A DNA stretch of 64,000 nt, from positions 41,106,001-41,170,000 of the forward strand of contig OZ024744.1 of the NCBI GenBank assembly GCA_964016885.1, given 5' to 3'. Within the stretch, counting starts at the first letter, position 1. Each line of letters begins with the position of its first letter. This stretch comes from Eledone cirrhosa. Its lineage: Eukaryota. The notes beneath the pieces are model-generated. The model was not told the DNA's origin. It saw nothing but the letters and a program-made list of their open reading frames with translations, and did no database searches. A program made the position numbers and the translations under genes. Shown here one piece after another: positions 12,681-24,612 of the stretch.

Positions 12681-14269
12681 TGTACTGGTGGTAGCAGGGT
12701 GCTACTGACACTAATGAGAGTGCATGTATCCCGGAAATCCTGGCTTCATTCAATGCTTATTTATTTATAATAACTTAAACTTAATGAAGCAAACAGTCTA
12801 GCTTTCAGCTCGAGTTCATGTATTCATGTAATTTACCTACTTTTAGAATGACCATGTAGGTGTTAAATGCAGAGAGGGGAAAATGTCACCATCATTATAT
12901 CTGAGACAACCAGACTAACATGATTTTAAGTTTTCCCAAAGTTCCTCTGTTTTGGTTGTCTTTCTTCGGAAAGACAAACTGTCAAAGTTATTTGAGTGTA
13001 GGACAAAATACTTCACAGTAATTTATTAATATGTTCTGATATTTCAGCATGAACATCTCTTCTTCTGAGGAAAATGAAAGGGTCTAATCCAGTATTGGAT
13101 GGAACGGGCTATACCATGCTGCCAGAAGTGGACATGGGGTTTGTTTTTTTAACCTCTTTTGTTTTGATGAATTTAAAAGTGATGATATGTCAAAAGGGCA
13201 CAGAGTTATTTCCTCTTAAATGTATATAGATATATACATACATATACATGCAGACACAAATGTACATGCATATATGTGTGTGTATAAGCATGTACACAAA
13301 TACGCATACATGCATGAATATAATCATGTAATATACATGTATAAATATAATACATGCACATACATAATTTCTCATAGAATAACTCTGTGCCTTTTTGATC
13401 TATCAAAACCTTTAATTTTATTAAAACCAAAGAGGTTAAAAAAACCCTATGTCCACTCTGGCAACATGGTATAGCGCATTCCATCCAACAGTAGATTAGT
13501 CCCTTTTATTTTCTTCAGAAGAAGAGATTTTGATCTGTGGATTACTTGGATAGTAAACTTCATCAGTTACCCAGTTTAACACCACTATCAAATCTTTGGG
13601 TGTTTTTTGTGGAGTACACTCTGTTATAATAATTTGAGCTAGGTCACCGTTTTGAGGATACTTTCTTTCCACCCTCCAAAGAATATCAGAGACTCTGAAA
13701 AATGGAAGTGGGTACTGCTCTTCCCTCCCATGAGTATCAGAGACCTTGAAAAATTGTAATACATACTGCCTTTCCCTCCCTATTAAAAAATGTTAAAGTC
13801 TGTCTCAAGACTTGAGGTTCACTAGGCTGGAGCTTATCTCAGTTTCATTGATGTTAATTTGCTGTGTGTACATAAGTTCATCACAGGTTAACCCCCCCCA
13901 CCCAAGCTACTGCTGCTGACCCTCATTTTCAGTTGGGTATATGGGAGAAATGTGAAATGAAGTGTTTTATTCAATAACACAATGCACCACTAGGTCCAAG
14001 AATCAGAGCTACTAAATGATGACAATCAGGATGATGTTAATGATATTACAATTATTAGTCCCTAACTGTATTGGCCATGGCCTTTCCCTTGGACATCATC
14101 TGTGGTGTGCAGAGGGGAGACTGGTATGCATGGGTAACTGCTGGTCTTCCTCAAACAACCTGGTCCGGACTTGTGCCTCGGAGGGAAACTTTCTAGGTGC
14201 AAATCACATGGTTATTCGTGACCGAAGGCGGTCTTTGAGTCCCTAACTTGTTGAAATTCAAATGTTTTC

Positions 14270-14565
14270 AATGACTAGTGCTCCAGTTGATTCAATCAAT
14301 GGAACTGCCTGTTTGTGAAATGCATTTGTAAGTGGCTGAGCATTGCCCAAGAGCATGCACCCCTAATGTAGTTCTCAGAGAGATCCAGTATGAGACAATG
14401 TGGGAAATGGCTAGCCCCATAGATTACAGCTATAACTCATTTTTGGTAGCTCAGTGAACTGACACAATGTGAAATAAAACGTCTTCCCAAGGACACAACC
14501 TGCTTCCTGCTCTAGGAATCAAACTCCTGACCTTACAATCGTCAACTGAACACCTTAACCAACAT
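14270..14565 (-). mobile_element. Degenerate SINE-like interspersed repeat (related copy at ~28845-29275)
   Basis: Shared blocks taatgtagttctcagagagat / taacataattctcagggagattcag and ..caaggacacaa..ggaatcaaactc..ccttaacca. Confidence 0.45.
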
Positions 14566-14775
14566 CCTAACTATTAGCAATTAAATAGTTTTAAAAAAAA
14601 GAATGTACTCAAGGAGCCTTCCTAAAGTCTCTGCAGAATTCTAGTATTGTCCTCAAGTAGGCTGGTTTCCCTTTGGATAAAAGAATTTATTGGTGCCTCT
14701 CATTTATATTTATATGAAATTTAATTGTTCCTTCATTGGAAAATAATTTAGTTGAGGAACTATTTTTGTTGTTGC

Positions 14776-17528
14776 TGTAGCGAAAGAGCAAACGCTCCAG
14801 CGCAGTCAGGCGAGGCTTAGGACAAGGTACGACGGTCAGGCGGTAGCAGATGACAGACGCGATGTACGCGTTAGCCACCTCCGCTCGACCTTTCAGGGAT
14901 AGGTTCCTCTCGGCCCATTTCTGGGTGAGAGAAGCCACCCTGCTCGTCACCTCGTCCCAGTTTTTGTCCGTCTGGAGGTCCGGACCGAACCAGACCCCTA
15001 GCAATTTAACCGGTCCGTCCGTCCAGCATCCGACGACGCTGTTGGACGGCATGGACCTGCCTCTCCAGGTGCCGAGCTGCAGGCCCACTGACTTTTCCTG
15101 GTTGATCATTGCTCCTGTCACCGCTTGGTATTCTCTTAGTGTAGTGCCGATCGCCTCGATGTGTTTGGCGTTCGACACCACTACGGTGACATCGTCCGCA
15201 TATGCTGACACGGATCTTCCGCATCCTAGTTCGCGCGGCACGCCCCTCAACGTCTCCAGTCTGTGCAGTAATGGCTCGAGAGCCAATACGTACAAGAGGG
15301 ACGAGACGGCACATCCTTGGCGGACCGAGCGCATGATGTTGAACGGTTCCGACAGGTGACCGTTCACTCTCACCACAGAGCAGATGTCGCTGTGCATGGC
15401 AGCGATCCAGCCTCTGAAGACGGGCCCAAAGCCAGCCGCCCTCAGGACTGCCGCTAGGTAACGATGGTCGACCCTATCGAAAGCTTTCGACTGATCTAAA
15501 TTGATCAAGGATCCACCCGTGCCAGGTTCCTTAGCTACCCTCTCTACGATGTATCGCATGAGGTGGAGGTTGTCGTGAATGGATCTGTCGGGATTGGCGC
15601 ATGTCTGCGCCTCTCCCACCAGACCACCAACGACAAGCGCCAACCTCTTTGCTAGCCCCTTGGCCAAAATCTTGAACTCTGTGTTTAGCAGAGTTATGGG
15701 CCGGAAATTATCTATGTTATCCCCCTTGTTCGGATCCTTTCTCAGCAGTGCCACCGCTCCTCGGCTCACAGAACTGGGAATTCTCCCGTTCTGTTGCCAG
15801 TTGCAATAGACGTCCGCCAAGAGGCCTCCGAACAAGTCTGGCATCTGTACGTAAAGTTCATAGGGCAGACCATCCAAACCAGGCGATTTACCACTTGTGC
15901 AGCCAGTCATTGCCTCCCTTACTTCAGCGGCTGTTATCGGCTTTTCGCAACACTTCGCCTCAGTGGCCGAGAGCTGCGGCAGTCCGTCGAGGTAGACACT
16001 AAAGTCCATCCCTCGACCCGGCCCACCGCTGCCCCCGAACTATAACTATAGTACACACAGCTAAAGCATAGTGCATAGAGATTATACTACAACACATGAA
16101 GTCAGCTAGTGTTCCCTTGAATATCAAGTATAATAAGTAAAACTCACTCGAAGTACTGGTACTAGTCAAAAATACACTACAGGAATTTTGTACTGGAACA
16201 ATCCTAGAGCCCTTGCCCTTCCCATCATTTTCCGTTTTTAAATATCTGTAGTGTTGTTATTTGAAATAGATTTGTTTATGATTTTTACAAATTTTTATTA
16301 ATAAAACATATTTAGCTGATAGAGAAGTGTCGCTGAAAAGCTTCACACATTTGCCCGGGATCGAGTAGCATGCGCCCGTCATGGTCCACCAAAGACCGGA
16401 TCGTGGCTTTGTTGCCACGACGCGCCTCCGCCACTCGAGCCCATTGAACGGCTTTCGTCCCCTCGTGTCTGAGAGCACGCACCCTTGCTCTGACAACGCA
16501 GCCTTCGTGCTTTGCATTGAAGAATTGGTCAAGGGCCAATTTCGCCGCAAGCACGTCGGTCGCAATGGCTTTGCTAAGCGCCTCGTCTAATTTTCTAACT
16601 AGTTCTCCCTCTGCTCTATTTTTCTCTATTGCTAAAGCCTTACTAAACCTAATGGATTCTATTCTAATCGCTCTTTTCAGAGCAAACCACCACTTGTTGT
16701 TGACGATGGCCCCCGTCAACGCACGCTTAACTAGTTCGCTAATCCGGTCTCTGTAGGCCTTGCGCGCTGGTAAGGACGCGTTTAGCTTCCAGTAGCCGGG
16801 TCCTCGTCTATGAAGCCTATCTAAGTAAAGCACACAGATCACGAATTTGTGGTCCGTCTAGCTGACTATCTTGAATTGTGGACAGCCTATGTTAGACCTA
16901 TCTATTTCCCTACAAAATACTCTATCTAGATATGATCTGGATGACCCTATGCGATTTGTCTAAGTCCATATTGGCACATTCGGGAAATCCAATCGGTACC
17001 TGTCAGACAGTTCAAAACGCCTGAGCAGGTTGGTGAGGCTCTTGCACCCTCCACCCCTATCCGCTAATCCCACACAGTCCCAGCGTGCATCTAAGATCCC
17101 GTTCCAGTCGCCCACTAACACTAAAGAGCGGGACGTTCCAAGAAAGGTCTCCAGACGCCGGAAGAAATCAGGCCGCCCTGCTCCTGTCGGGGCATAGACG
17201 GCCACTAGCCTGAAAGCTTGCCGTCTCCGCTGGTCACGTCCAGCACCACCAGCTTACCCTCTGGGTCCAGGAAGATGGCCCGTATGGCGAGATCCAAACC
17301 TCTCCGAAAAAGCACAGCAACTCCTCCCCCCGATCCAGGACGGCTGGGAGATGCGTACACATCGTAGCCGCCGAAGATCGGTGCGAAGGCCCGTGCTTCG
17401 GAGATTCTGGTCTCGCTAATGGCCACTACATCTATGTTTAGTGACCTGAGGTCGTTGAGCAGGTGACCCTGCTTCCATGACGACCCCAAGCCACGCGCAT
17501 TTATGCTGCCTATTCTGAATGAGGTCAT
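14776..17528 (-). pseudogene. LINE ORF2 (APE endonuclease + RT), disrupted
   Basis: Frameshift at ~17205, stops near 16960 and 16860, ~285 bp foreign insert at 16041-16324, truncation at 14776. Confidence 0.9.
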
Positions 17529-17563
17529 GTTTAAAATAGAGTCGAAAAGATGGGAAAGACCAC

Positions 17564-19666
17564 TTACCGTACTTTTGGTAGAGGAGGGATGGTTTTTACA
17601 TCCCTTTTCACTTGATCGTCTGGTGTAGGGACCGTTGAATCGTCCCTTCGGCTGGTCGTCGGCTCTTCTATGAGAATGTCTGAATATACTCTTCGATTGA
17701 TAGTTCCTCCTAGGTCCCTGAAATCACCAACTGCGTTGGGGAATTTCGTTTTATTGTTTGTGCATTGTTTCTGTGCTATTTTTAGCAGTCTTATGTTAGT
17801 TGGCCTTTTGATTGGTGCTGGTATTATGTAGTCGTGTTGTGAAATGTCTGTGTGTTCAATTATGTAAGTCATTAGTTTCTTGTTGTGTGTATTTATTGCC
17901 GTGCATTTGTTTTTCTGGGTGTGGGGTGTGGTTCTGCTATTTTCTTGTCGTTGTTGCTGGGTGTGTGTGTTTTGTTGTTGTGTTTGCGATGTTGGTGCTT
18001 GTGGTGGTGGTGTTGAAGGTGTTGTTGGCGGTGGGGTTGTCGCCGGTGGCGATGGTGGTGCTAGTGTGGGTGGTGATGGTGTTGGTGGTGTTGCTGCTGT
18101 GGGTCTCTTTGCAGTAGACTTTACCCTTTTCTCATTTCTTTCATCCCTTTTCAAAGGCGACGATGCGCTGCTTCTGCGTTTGTGCCTTCTTACGACCTTT
18201 TGCCATCCCTCTCCCACCTCACACTCCATATCTGATTCTGTGAGGTCGGGGAGGGGTACCAGCTCCACTCTTTCACTTGTTGTTGTTGGTGATGTTTGCA
18301 CTGGAGTCTCTGTTGCAGCTGCATTTGGTATTGCTGTTGTTGTTGTTAATATTTCCACTGCTGCTGCTGTTTTTGATTTCCGTGGCGTGGGTATGGGTGC
18401 CACGGATCTATCGTTCCTGGTTGCCGCTTGTCCTGTTGCTGGTAGCAGTGGAGCCGGTTTCGGAAGGAGGGGGGTTTTCTCCTTTCTCAGGGTCTTCTCG
18501 TTGCAGAAGGCCCTGAGGTGAGTCTTCGATCCACAGCGAAAGCATTTCGGGCGTTTTCCCTCAACACTTATGGGCAGTTGAGTGCCGTTATCGAAGTCTA
18601 TCACATCCGGGATAGCTTCGATGCACTCCTGGTTGGTTTGGATTAGCATCTCAATGGAGGTGCCGACCCAATCTTCTCTTACTTTTTTCTGTACTTGCAG
18701 TACAGTTGTTTTGTCCTCGATTCCGACGAGGACAGACGCGGCCAGCCAAGAAGGGGCCATCCCGGGGGGCACGTGGGTCAGTTTGACCCTCACAATTTTT
18801 TGCCCGCAGTAGGAGGGCACCAACACCATTTCCTCGCTCCTTAGGGTCACTACGGATTGGGCCTTTGCCTCATGGGGTGTGGCAAAAAGTACGTCTACGG
18901 TGGCATATTTTTTGCCTCGGGTGATGTGCGTTTTCCGCTGCCACACAGACCCCAAGGCTTTTTGTATTTGAGCCTCTGTGGCTCTTTCCACCCTACGGGA
19001 TTTTGTACTTACTGTACGGTACGTGACCGTACAGTGCTGTTGGGTTTCGAAAAATTTTTCCGCTGCCTTGCAGATTGCTCGGTGTCCAGTCTTTGTCACC
19101 ATCTTCTTCGCTTCCTCTAATTCCTCATTTGTTATGAGGATTGTTTCCAAGTTTTTCGCAATCCCTGCAAATGAGATTGGTTTTTCTTTGCTGCTGTTGT
19201 TGTTGTTGTCGTCAGAGCTGCTGTTACTTTTGTTGTTGCTGCAGATACTACGACTACTGCCTCCGCCGCTGTTGCTGTGGTTGTTGTTGGTGTTGCTGCT
19301 GCTAATGCTGTTGTTGTTTATGCTGCTGGTGATGCTGTTGCGGCTGCTACTGTTGTTTTCATTATCACTGTTGCTGTTGTTATTACGGCTGCTACTGCTA
19401 TTATTCCTGACGTCAGACGAATGAACTGGATTTTCGTATTTCCCGCACACCTGTTTCGTCGCTGTCGTGGTCGTCGTGGAGAAACCTTGCACGCTTTGCA
19501 CGAGACTTTTCTTTTCTTTCGTCGCTTGCGAAAGAGAAGGGAGGGAGAGAGACACATTTAAAGAAGGGAGGGAGAGAGACAATCTTCTCTCTGCTGTAGT
19601 GATGATTGAGGAAGAAGAAGACGGAATGAGTGGGAGTGACCTATGAAATTTCTTTTTCGTAGCCAT
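17564..19666 (-). CDS. LINE ORF1p (gag-like), ~700 aa, uninterrupted, CCHC zinc knuckle
   Basis: CFRCGSKTHLRAFC (Cx2Cx4Hx4C), SFAGI and GEGWQKV motifs typical of Tx1 ORF1; stop lies ~35 nt before the ORF2 ATG; first ATG at 19666. Confidence 0.85.
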   Translation of the reverse strand: MATKKKFHRSLPLIPSSSSSIITTAERRLSLSLPSLNVSLSLPSLSQATKEKKSLVQSVQGFSTTTTTATKQVCGKYENPVHSSDVRNNSSSSRNNNSNSDNENNSSSRNSITSSINNNSISSSNTNNNHSNSGGGSSRSICSNNKSNSSSDDNNNNSSKEKPISFAGIAKNLETILITNEELEEAKKMVTKTGHRAICKAAEKFFETQQHCTVTYRTVSTKSRRVERATEAQIQKALGSVWQRKTHITRGKKYATVDVLFATPHEAKAQSVVTLRSEEMVLVPSYCGQKIVRVKLTHVPPGMAPSWLAASVLVGIEDKTTVLQVQKKVREDWVGTSIEMLIQTNQECIEAIPDVIDFDNGTQLPISVEGKRPKCFRCGSKTHLRAFCNEKTLRKEKTPLLPKPAPLLPATGQAATRNDRSVAPIPTPRKSKTAAAVEILTTTTAIPNAAATETPVQTSPTTTSERVELVPLPDLTESDMECEVGEGWQKVVRRHKRRSSASSPLKRDERNEKRVKSTAKRPTAATPPTPSPPTLAPPSPPATTPPPTTPSTPPPQAPTSQTQQQNTHTQQQRQENSRTTPHTQKNKCTAINTHNKKLMTYIIEHTDISQHDYIIPAPIKRPTNIRLLKIAQKQCTNNKTKFPNAVGDFRDLGGTINRRVYSDILIEEPTTSRRDDSTVPTPDDQVKRDVKTIPPLPKVR

Positions 19667-19882
19667 GTTGTTTTTTTTATTTAAAATAAATATTGGGTAC
19701 AAAACCCCAATAAGCAGTTATTTAACCCCGAAGGGCCAAATAACAGGCAGAAAGACCCCTCTCACGAGGAGGAGGGAGTTTTTGTCTACAAGTTCGTTAA
19801 AGTTTTAAACAATTTACAATTGTTATAGTGTTCAAAATTTACAATACCTTACAGAGCCGAGCCTCAGTCAACCATAGCATTC

Positions 19883-19914
<32 letters not shown>

Positions 19915-19918
<4 letters not shown>

Positions 19919-20975
19919 GATACAGTAATGGACTACAAATTTCAGAAGTCCCATTTACTGCTGAAATGGAAAACACAGAAAAAGCAAAGCAGGTAAAAGT
20001 AACTGCAAAGAAAGAACTGCTACAGAAACTGGCTAAGAAATGGCAAGAAAAGCCTCTGTATGGAAAATACCCAGAGCGAGCTAACAATCCTGATTTTGAC
20101 AAAACTTTAACCCATCAGTGGTTGGCATCCTCTGGACTGAAATCGGAGACTGAAGGACTGATTATATCAGCACAAGATCAGTGTCTGCCAACAAAAAATT
20201 ACCAAGCCAACATAATAAAAAATGGGTGCAGCCCATTATGTCGTGTATGCAAAAAACAACCAGAGACCATTGACCATATAATTTCAATGTGCAGTTCTAT
20301 AGCTCCAACCGAATACCTAAACAGGCATGAAAGAGCTGCACAATACATACATTGGATAATGTGTAAGCATTTTGACCTGCCCCATCAAAAGAATTAGTGG
20401 GAGCATCAACCACCTCCCATACTTGAAAAAGATCACATCTCAATCTTGTGGAACTTTAGCATCCAAACAGACCGAAAAATGGATGCAAATAGACCTGATA
20501 TAATATTGAAGGACTTTCAAAGGAGGGTATGCCTGCTAATTGATATGTCTGTTCCAATAGACAAAAATGTATCTATAAAAACATTTGAAAAATTGAGCTA
20601 GTATAAGGACCTGGAGATAGAAATTGGAAAAATGTGGAAATTGAGAACTAAAACAATACCAGTGGTTGTAGGCGCTCTGGGAATGATACCTAAGGGGTCT
20701 AATGATTACATATCGCAAATCCCAGGAAACCCGGGTATAGGAGAAATACAAAAGATAGTACTAATGGGAACTGCCCATATACTAAGGAAGATTCTGTAAA
20801 TATAGGTACATCACAAGTCTAAACACTAAAGATGCATGTGTGAATATGTATGTTCTTTCTTGAACATGGCGGACCTTGTTGTCTCTTGAGGTCACTGGTT
20901 GTGACTTGGTGATAACTCGTATGAACATAAAGCAAGGTAAATGCAACTATAATAAAAATAATAATAATGATTTCT
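19915..20975 (+). mobile_element. 3' part of an R4/Dong-like RLE non-LTR element
   Basis: WLASSGLKSETEGLIISAQDQ..CRVC..ETIDHIISMC..RH, then RPD..ID..K and P.VVGALG; (AAT)n on both sides. Confidence 0.88.
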
Positions 20976-20977
20976 TT

Positions 20978-22029
20978 ATTAACCACAAGGGTTTACATAA
21001 AGTAGACATTAAGGACAGTGCAGGACAATACAGTACGGTACAAATGGGCATTTCTGCGTGTAAAAAACAAAAACAGAGAATGTAACAAAAAATAACAATG
21101 AAAAATTCCCCAATAGGGGGAGACTTCGGAGGGACATTTGTGGCGAAAGCCCATAAAAGGCCACAATGACCCTGACCACCAAGGCAAGTGCCCTCTCCCA
21201 GTTTTCCACCTTTAATTTACAGATATATACTCAGAGTAGACCCATTCACTCGGGCCATTCTTGCTTCTCTCACCCATCTTTCAACAAATTGCTGGGAAGA
21301 GAGCACTTCCCTCTCTACTCTGATTTTCCTTTTCAAATGAAATTTGAAAAAGTCAATCAGAGCATCACCGAAGAGGTAAGTGCTCGTCTTCAGCCCTTTC
21401 AAACGTGTACACCATACTATTCTCTTTCGCCATGGCCACCAGACAGATAAAAACTGCCTGCCCTTGCCGGCTAAAGGAGGAGGGCGGGGCAATCCTCACG
21501 ATGGACTCAGATGATAGCCGGATCCGTCCTAAACGCGACAGCAGGTGTTCGACATAAACCCACAAGTCAGCAATTTTCGGACACTGGACGAGTGCGTGCA
21601 GGACGGTTACGTCGCCCTGCGCGCATCTCGGACATGCCCGGCTGACGGCACCTCCATGCCTGTAGAGTTTATCCCGAACTGGCAAGGCTCCTCGGTAGCA
21701 CTACCAGGCCAGAGATTTCTGGAAGTTCTCCATAGGCCCTGGCCCGAAAGTTCTTCCGAAGAGATTGGCTAGTTGATTTTCGTCGACGCCTAGAGTTTCC
21801 CCAAATACGTCGTCGCTCTTCCCCTCCACTAATCCTCTATAGAACGCCGAGGTGGAGTTTCCACCGATCACATTGCCCGATTGGTCGAGGGCTGTGAGCG
21901 CCTGAAGACATTTCAGTCTCCAAGCGCTCCCTCTCGGTCTTCGCTTGACCCAGGACTGCACATTCGTCAAGGAAACGAGCTGGGGAAATACGTGTCTAGC
22001 AAACGGCGTATTTACCCAGCTCGTTTCCT

Positions 22030-22030
<1 letters not shown>
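20978..22030 (-). mobile_element. 5'-truncated Tx1-type LINE 3' end
   Basis: PVRDKLYRHG..CPRC..TVLHALVQC zinc finger; AATAAAGAAAT 3' end running into (ATT)n. Confidence 0.88.
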
Positions 22031-22064
<34 letters not shown>

Positions 22065-22069
<5 letters not shown>

Positions 22070-23132
22070 TATGTTCCACAAGAGGAGTGATGTCCATAGA
22101 CTCTACTTAAGGAGATCTGAGGGTGGAAGAGGTCTTATCAGCATAGAGGACTGTGTTCAGATGGAGAAAAACAACCTACACAAATACGTGACTGATAGTA
22201 AGGAGCCAATGCTGAGAGCTGTACTGAAGGAGAGGACAATAGGCCAGAGGATGTCCAAGGAGGAAATAACATCAAGGAGAAAGAGCAGCCTTCAGGAAAA
22301 TCCCTTCATAGTATCTTCTTTGAGAAAACTGAATTTAGAGATCCACAGACATGGAGCTGGTTGAAAAGAGGAGACCTTAAAAAGGCTACAGAAGGAATGT
22401 TAATGGCTGCGCAGGAGCAGGCCCTCAAAACGAAGTGGTTGAAACACCACACTTACAAGGAGGAGGCTATCCCACTGTGCAGGATCTGTGGAGAGAGAGA
22501 GGCGACTGTCGCTCACTTTGTATCCGAGTGTAAACACCTAGCCCAGACTCACTATAAGGGCTGGAGACATGATGTGATGGGCAGGGTGATCCACTGGCAC
22601 CTGTGCAAAGTAAACAATTTACCACATTCTGAGAAGTGGTATGAGCATAAGCCAGAGTCGGCGATAGAGAACGATCAGGTGAAGGTGCTGTGGGATTTTA
22701 GGATACAGACGGACAAGAAACTGCAACACAATAGACCTGACCTGGTGGTTTTGGACAAAGAAAAAAGATCGTGCCTGATTGTGGATGTGGCCTGCCCATT
22801 CGACACGAGAGTGCAAGAGAAGGAGAGGGAGAAGAGGGAGAACATTAACCGATACCAGGACTTAAAGTGGGAGGTAAAAAGGATTTGGAACTGCTATGAA
22901 GTCAAAGTAGTCCCGATTGTCATAGGCGCACTAGGGACTATCTCAAAAAGTTTCCAGGGATGGTTAAAGAAAATTGGCCCCTTCACGCTTTTTGGAACGC
23001 TTCAAAAGGCATGCTTGCTGGGAACAGCAAGAACGCTCCGATACGTCCTGAATATCTGAGGCTGCAGGTAGTGGCTTGATATTCATCTCAACAAACTTTC
23101 CAGTTAACTAACATCAATGACTGAGACTCAAA

Positions 23133-23135
<3 letters not shown>
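22065..23135 (+). mobile_element. 5'-truncated R4/Dong-like element with intact RLE domain
   Basis: LYLRRSEGGRGL; TEGMLMAAQEQAL; CRIC..H..C; WRHD; NRPDLV..IVDVACP..E..Y; PIVIGALG; (AAT)n flanks. Confidence 0.92.
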
Positions 23136-23211
<76 letters not shown>

Positions 23212-23242
23212 AAGAAGAAGAAGAAGAAGAAGAAGAAGAAAA

Positions 23243-23611
23243 AAGATCGTGTCTGATTGTGGATGTGGCCTGCCCGTTCGACACGAGAGTGCAAGAGAAG
23301 GAGAGGGAGAAAATTAACCGATACCAGGACCTAAAGTGGGAGGTGAAAAGGATTTGGAACTGCCATGAAGTCAAAGTGATCCCGATTGTCATAGGCGCAC
23401 TGGGGACTATCTCCAAAAGTTTCCAGGGATGGTTAAAGAAAATCGGCCCCTTCACGCTTTTTGGAACGCTTCAAAAGGCATGCTTGCTTGGAACAGCAAG
23501 AACCCTCCGATACGTCCTGAATATCTGAGGCTGCAGGTAGTGGCTTGATATTCAATCCAACGGACTTTCCAGTTAACCAACATCAATGACTGAGATTCAA
23601 GGAATAACAAC

Positions 23612-23650
<39 letters not shown>
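23243..23650 (+). mobile_element. Second, shorter 3' end of the same R4/Dong-like family, in tandem
   Basis: Near-identical to 22760-23135; follows (AAT)n(AAG)n and ends in (AAT)n. Confidence 0.9.
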
Positions 23651-23838
23651 TGTTTCTACGTTAGGCACAAGGCCAGCAATTACCCAGTGCATTACTGGTA
23701 CTTTATTTTATCGACCCCGTAAGGATGAAAGGCAAAGTTATCCTCGGCGGGATTTGAAATCATAATGGCAAGGGCCGTAACTCTAAACGTCAAAGCATGG
23801 CGTCCGACCCTCTCCCAATACTGCCAATCCACCGCCCT
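23650..23838 (-). mobile_element. tRNA-derived SINE
   Basis: Minus strand: A-box-like tggcagtattgg, B-box-like atttcaaatcc, central gcctttcatccttacggggtcgataaaataaagtacc, ATT tail. Confidence 0.8.
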
Positions 23839-23839
23839 C

Positions 23840-24612
23840 GATTTCTTTATTGGCTACAAAGGCTGACATCAAGAAAAACATTACAGACGGCTCAGGACGG
23901 TACAGGACGGTACGATGTGGGTTTTGTGCGTGTAAAGATTTTTATTATTTTTATACGAAACGAAAAAGAAAAATGCCATAGAAACATATATATATATAAA
24001 CAATAAAAATGAAAATTCAAACAATGAAAAATTCCCCAATAAGGGGGAAACCGCCGAGGGTTACTCATGGCGAAAACCACACAAAAGACCACGGCCACCC
24101 TGACCACCAGGGCAAGCGCCCTCTCTCAATTTGTTCCCATTCCTCAAACTACAAGTGTATATTCAGAGCTACATTCTCGTACATTCACCCACCTTTCAAC
24201 AACCTTGCTAGAAGGCAGCACTTGCCTCTCCGCCCTACTTTTCCTCTTCAAGTGAAACTTGAAAAAGTTAATCAGGGATTCGCCGAAGAGGAAAGTGTCT
24301 GTCTTTAACCCTTTCAACCTTGTCCACCACACAATCTATTTCGCCATGGCCACCAGGCAGATGAAAACCGCCTGCCCTTCCTCCTCGAAGGAAGACGGCG
24401 AGACCATCTGCACAATGGACTCAGTCGATAACCAGATCGGTCCTACACACGACAGCAACTGTTCGACATAGCTCCACAAGTCAGCAATGCTCGGGCACTG
24501 AACGAGTGCGTTCACAACAGTTTCATCACTCTGCGCGCATCTTAGACAAGCTGGGCTGACGGCACTTCCGTTCCTGTAGAGCTTATCCCGAACCAGCACC
24601 ACTCCCCGGATA
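23840..24612 (-). mobile_element. Tx1-type LINE 3' fragment
   Basis: VRDKLYRNG..CLRC..ETVVNALVQC, WWTRLKGL; ends AATAAAGAAAT. Confidence 0.87.

Larger units (their letters stand above)
14776..19880 (-). mobile_element. Tx1/L1-clade LINE (5' UTR, ORF1, APE-RT ORF2), 3'-truncated
   Basis: ORF1 with zinc knuckle; APE GSINARGL, VVAISET, LVGDWNG; RT KSPGLDGLP, FRPITLLN, LDQSKAFDRV, RQGC, YADD. Confidence 0.95.

Noticed and set aside
12830-12910. Possible minus-strand host exon with AG/GT boundaries
   Set aside because: Stops in all three frames, no recognisable homology and no partner exons.
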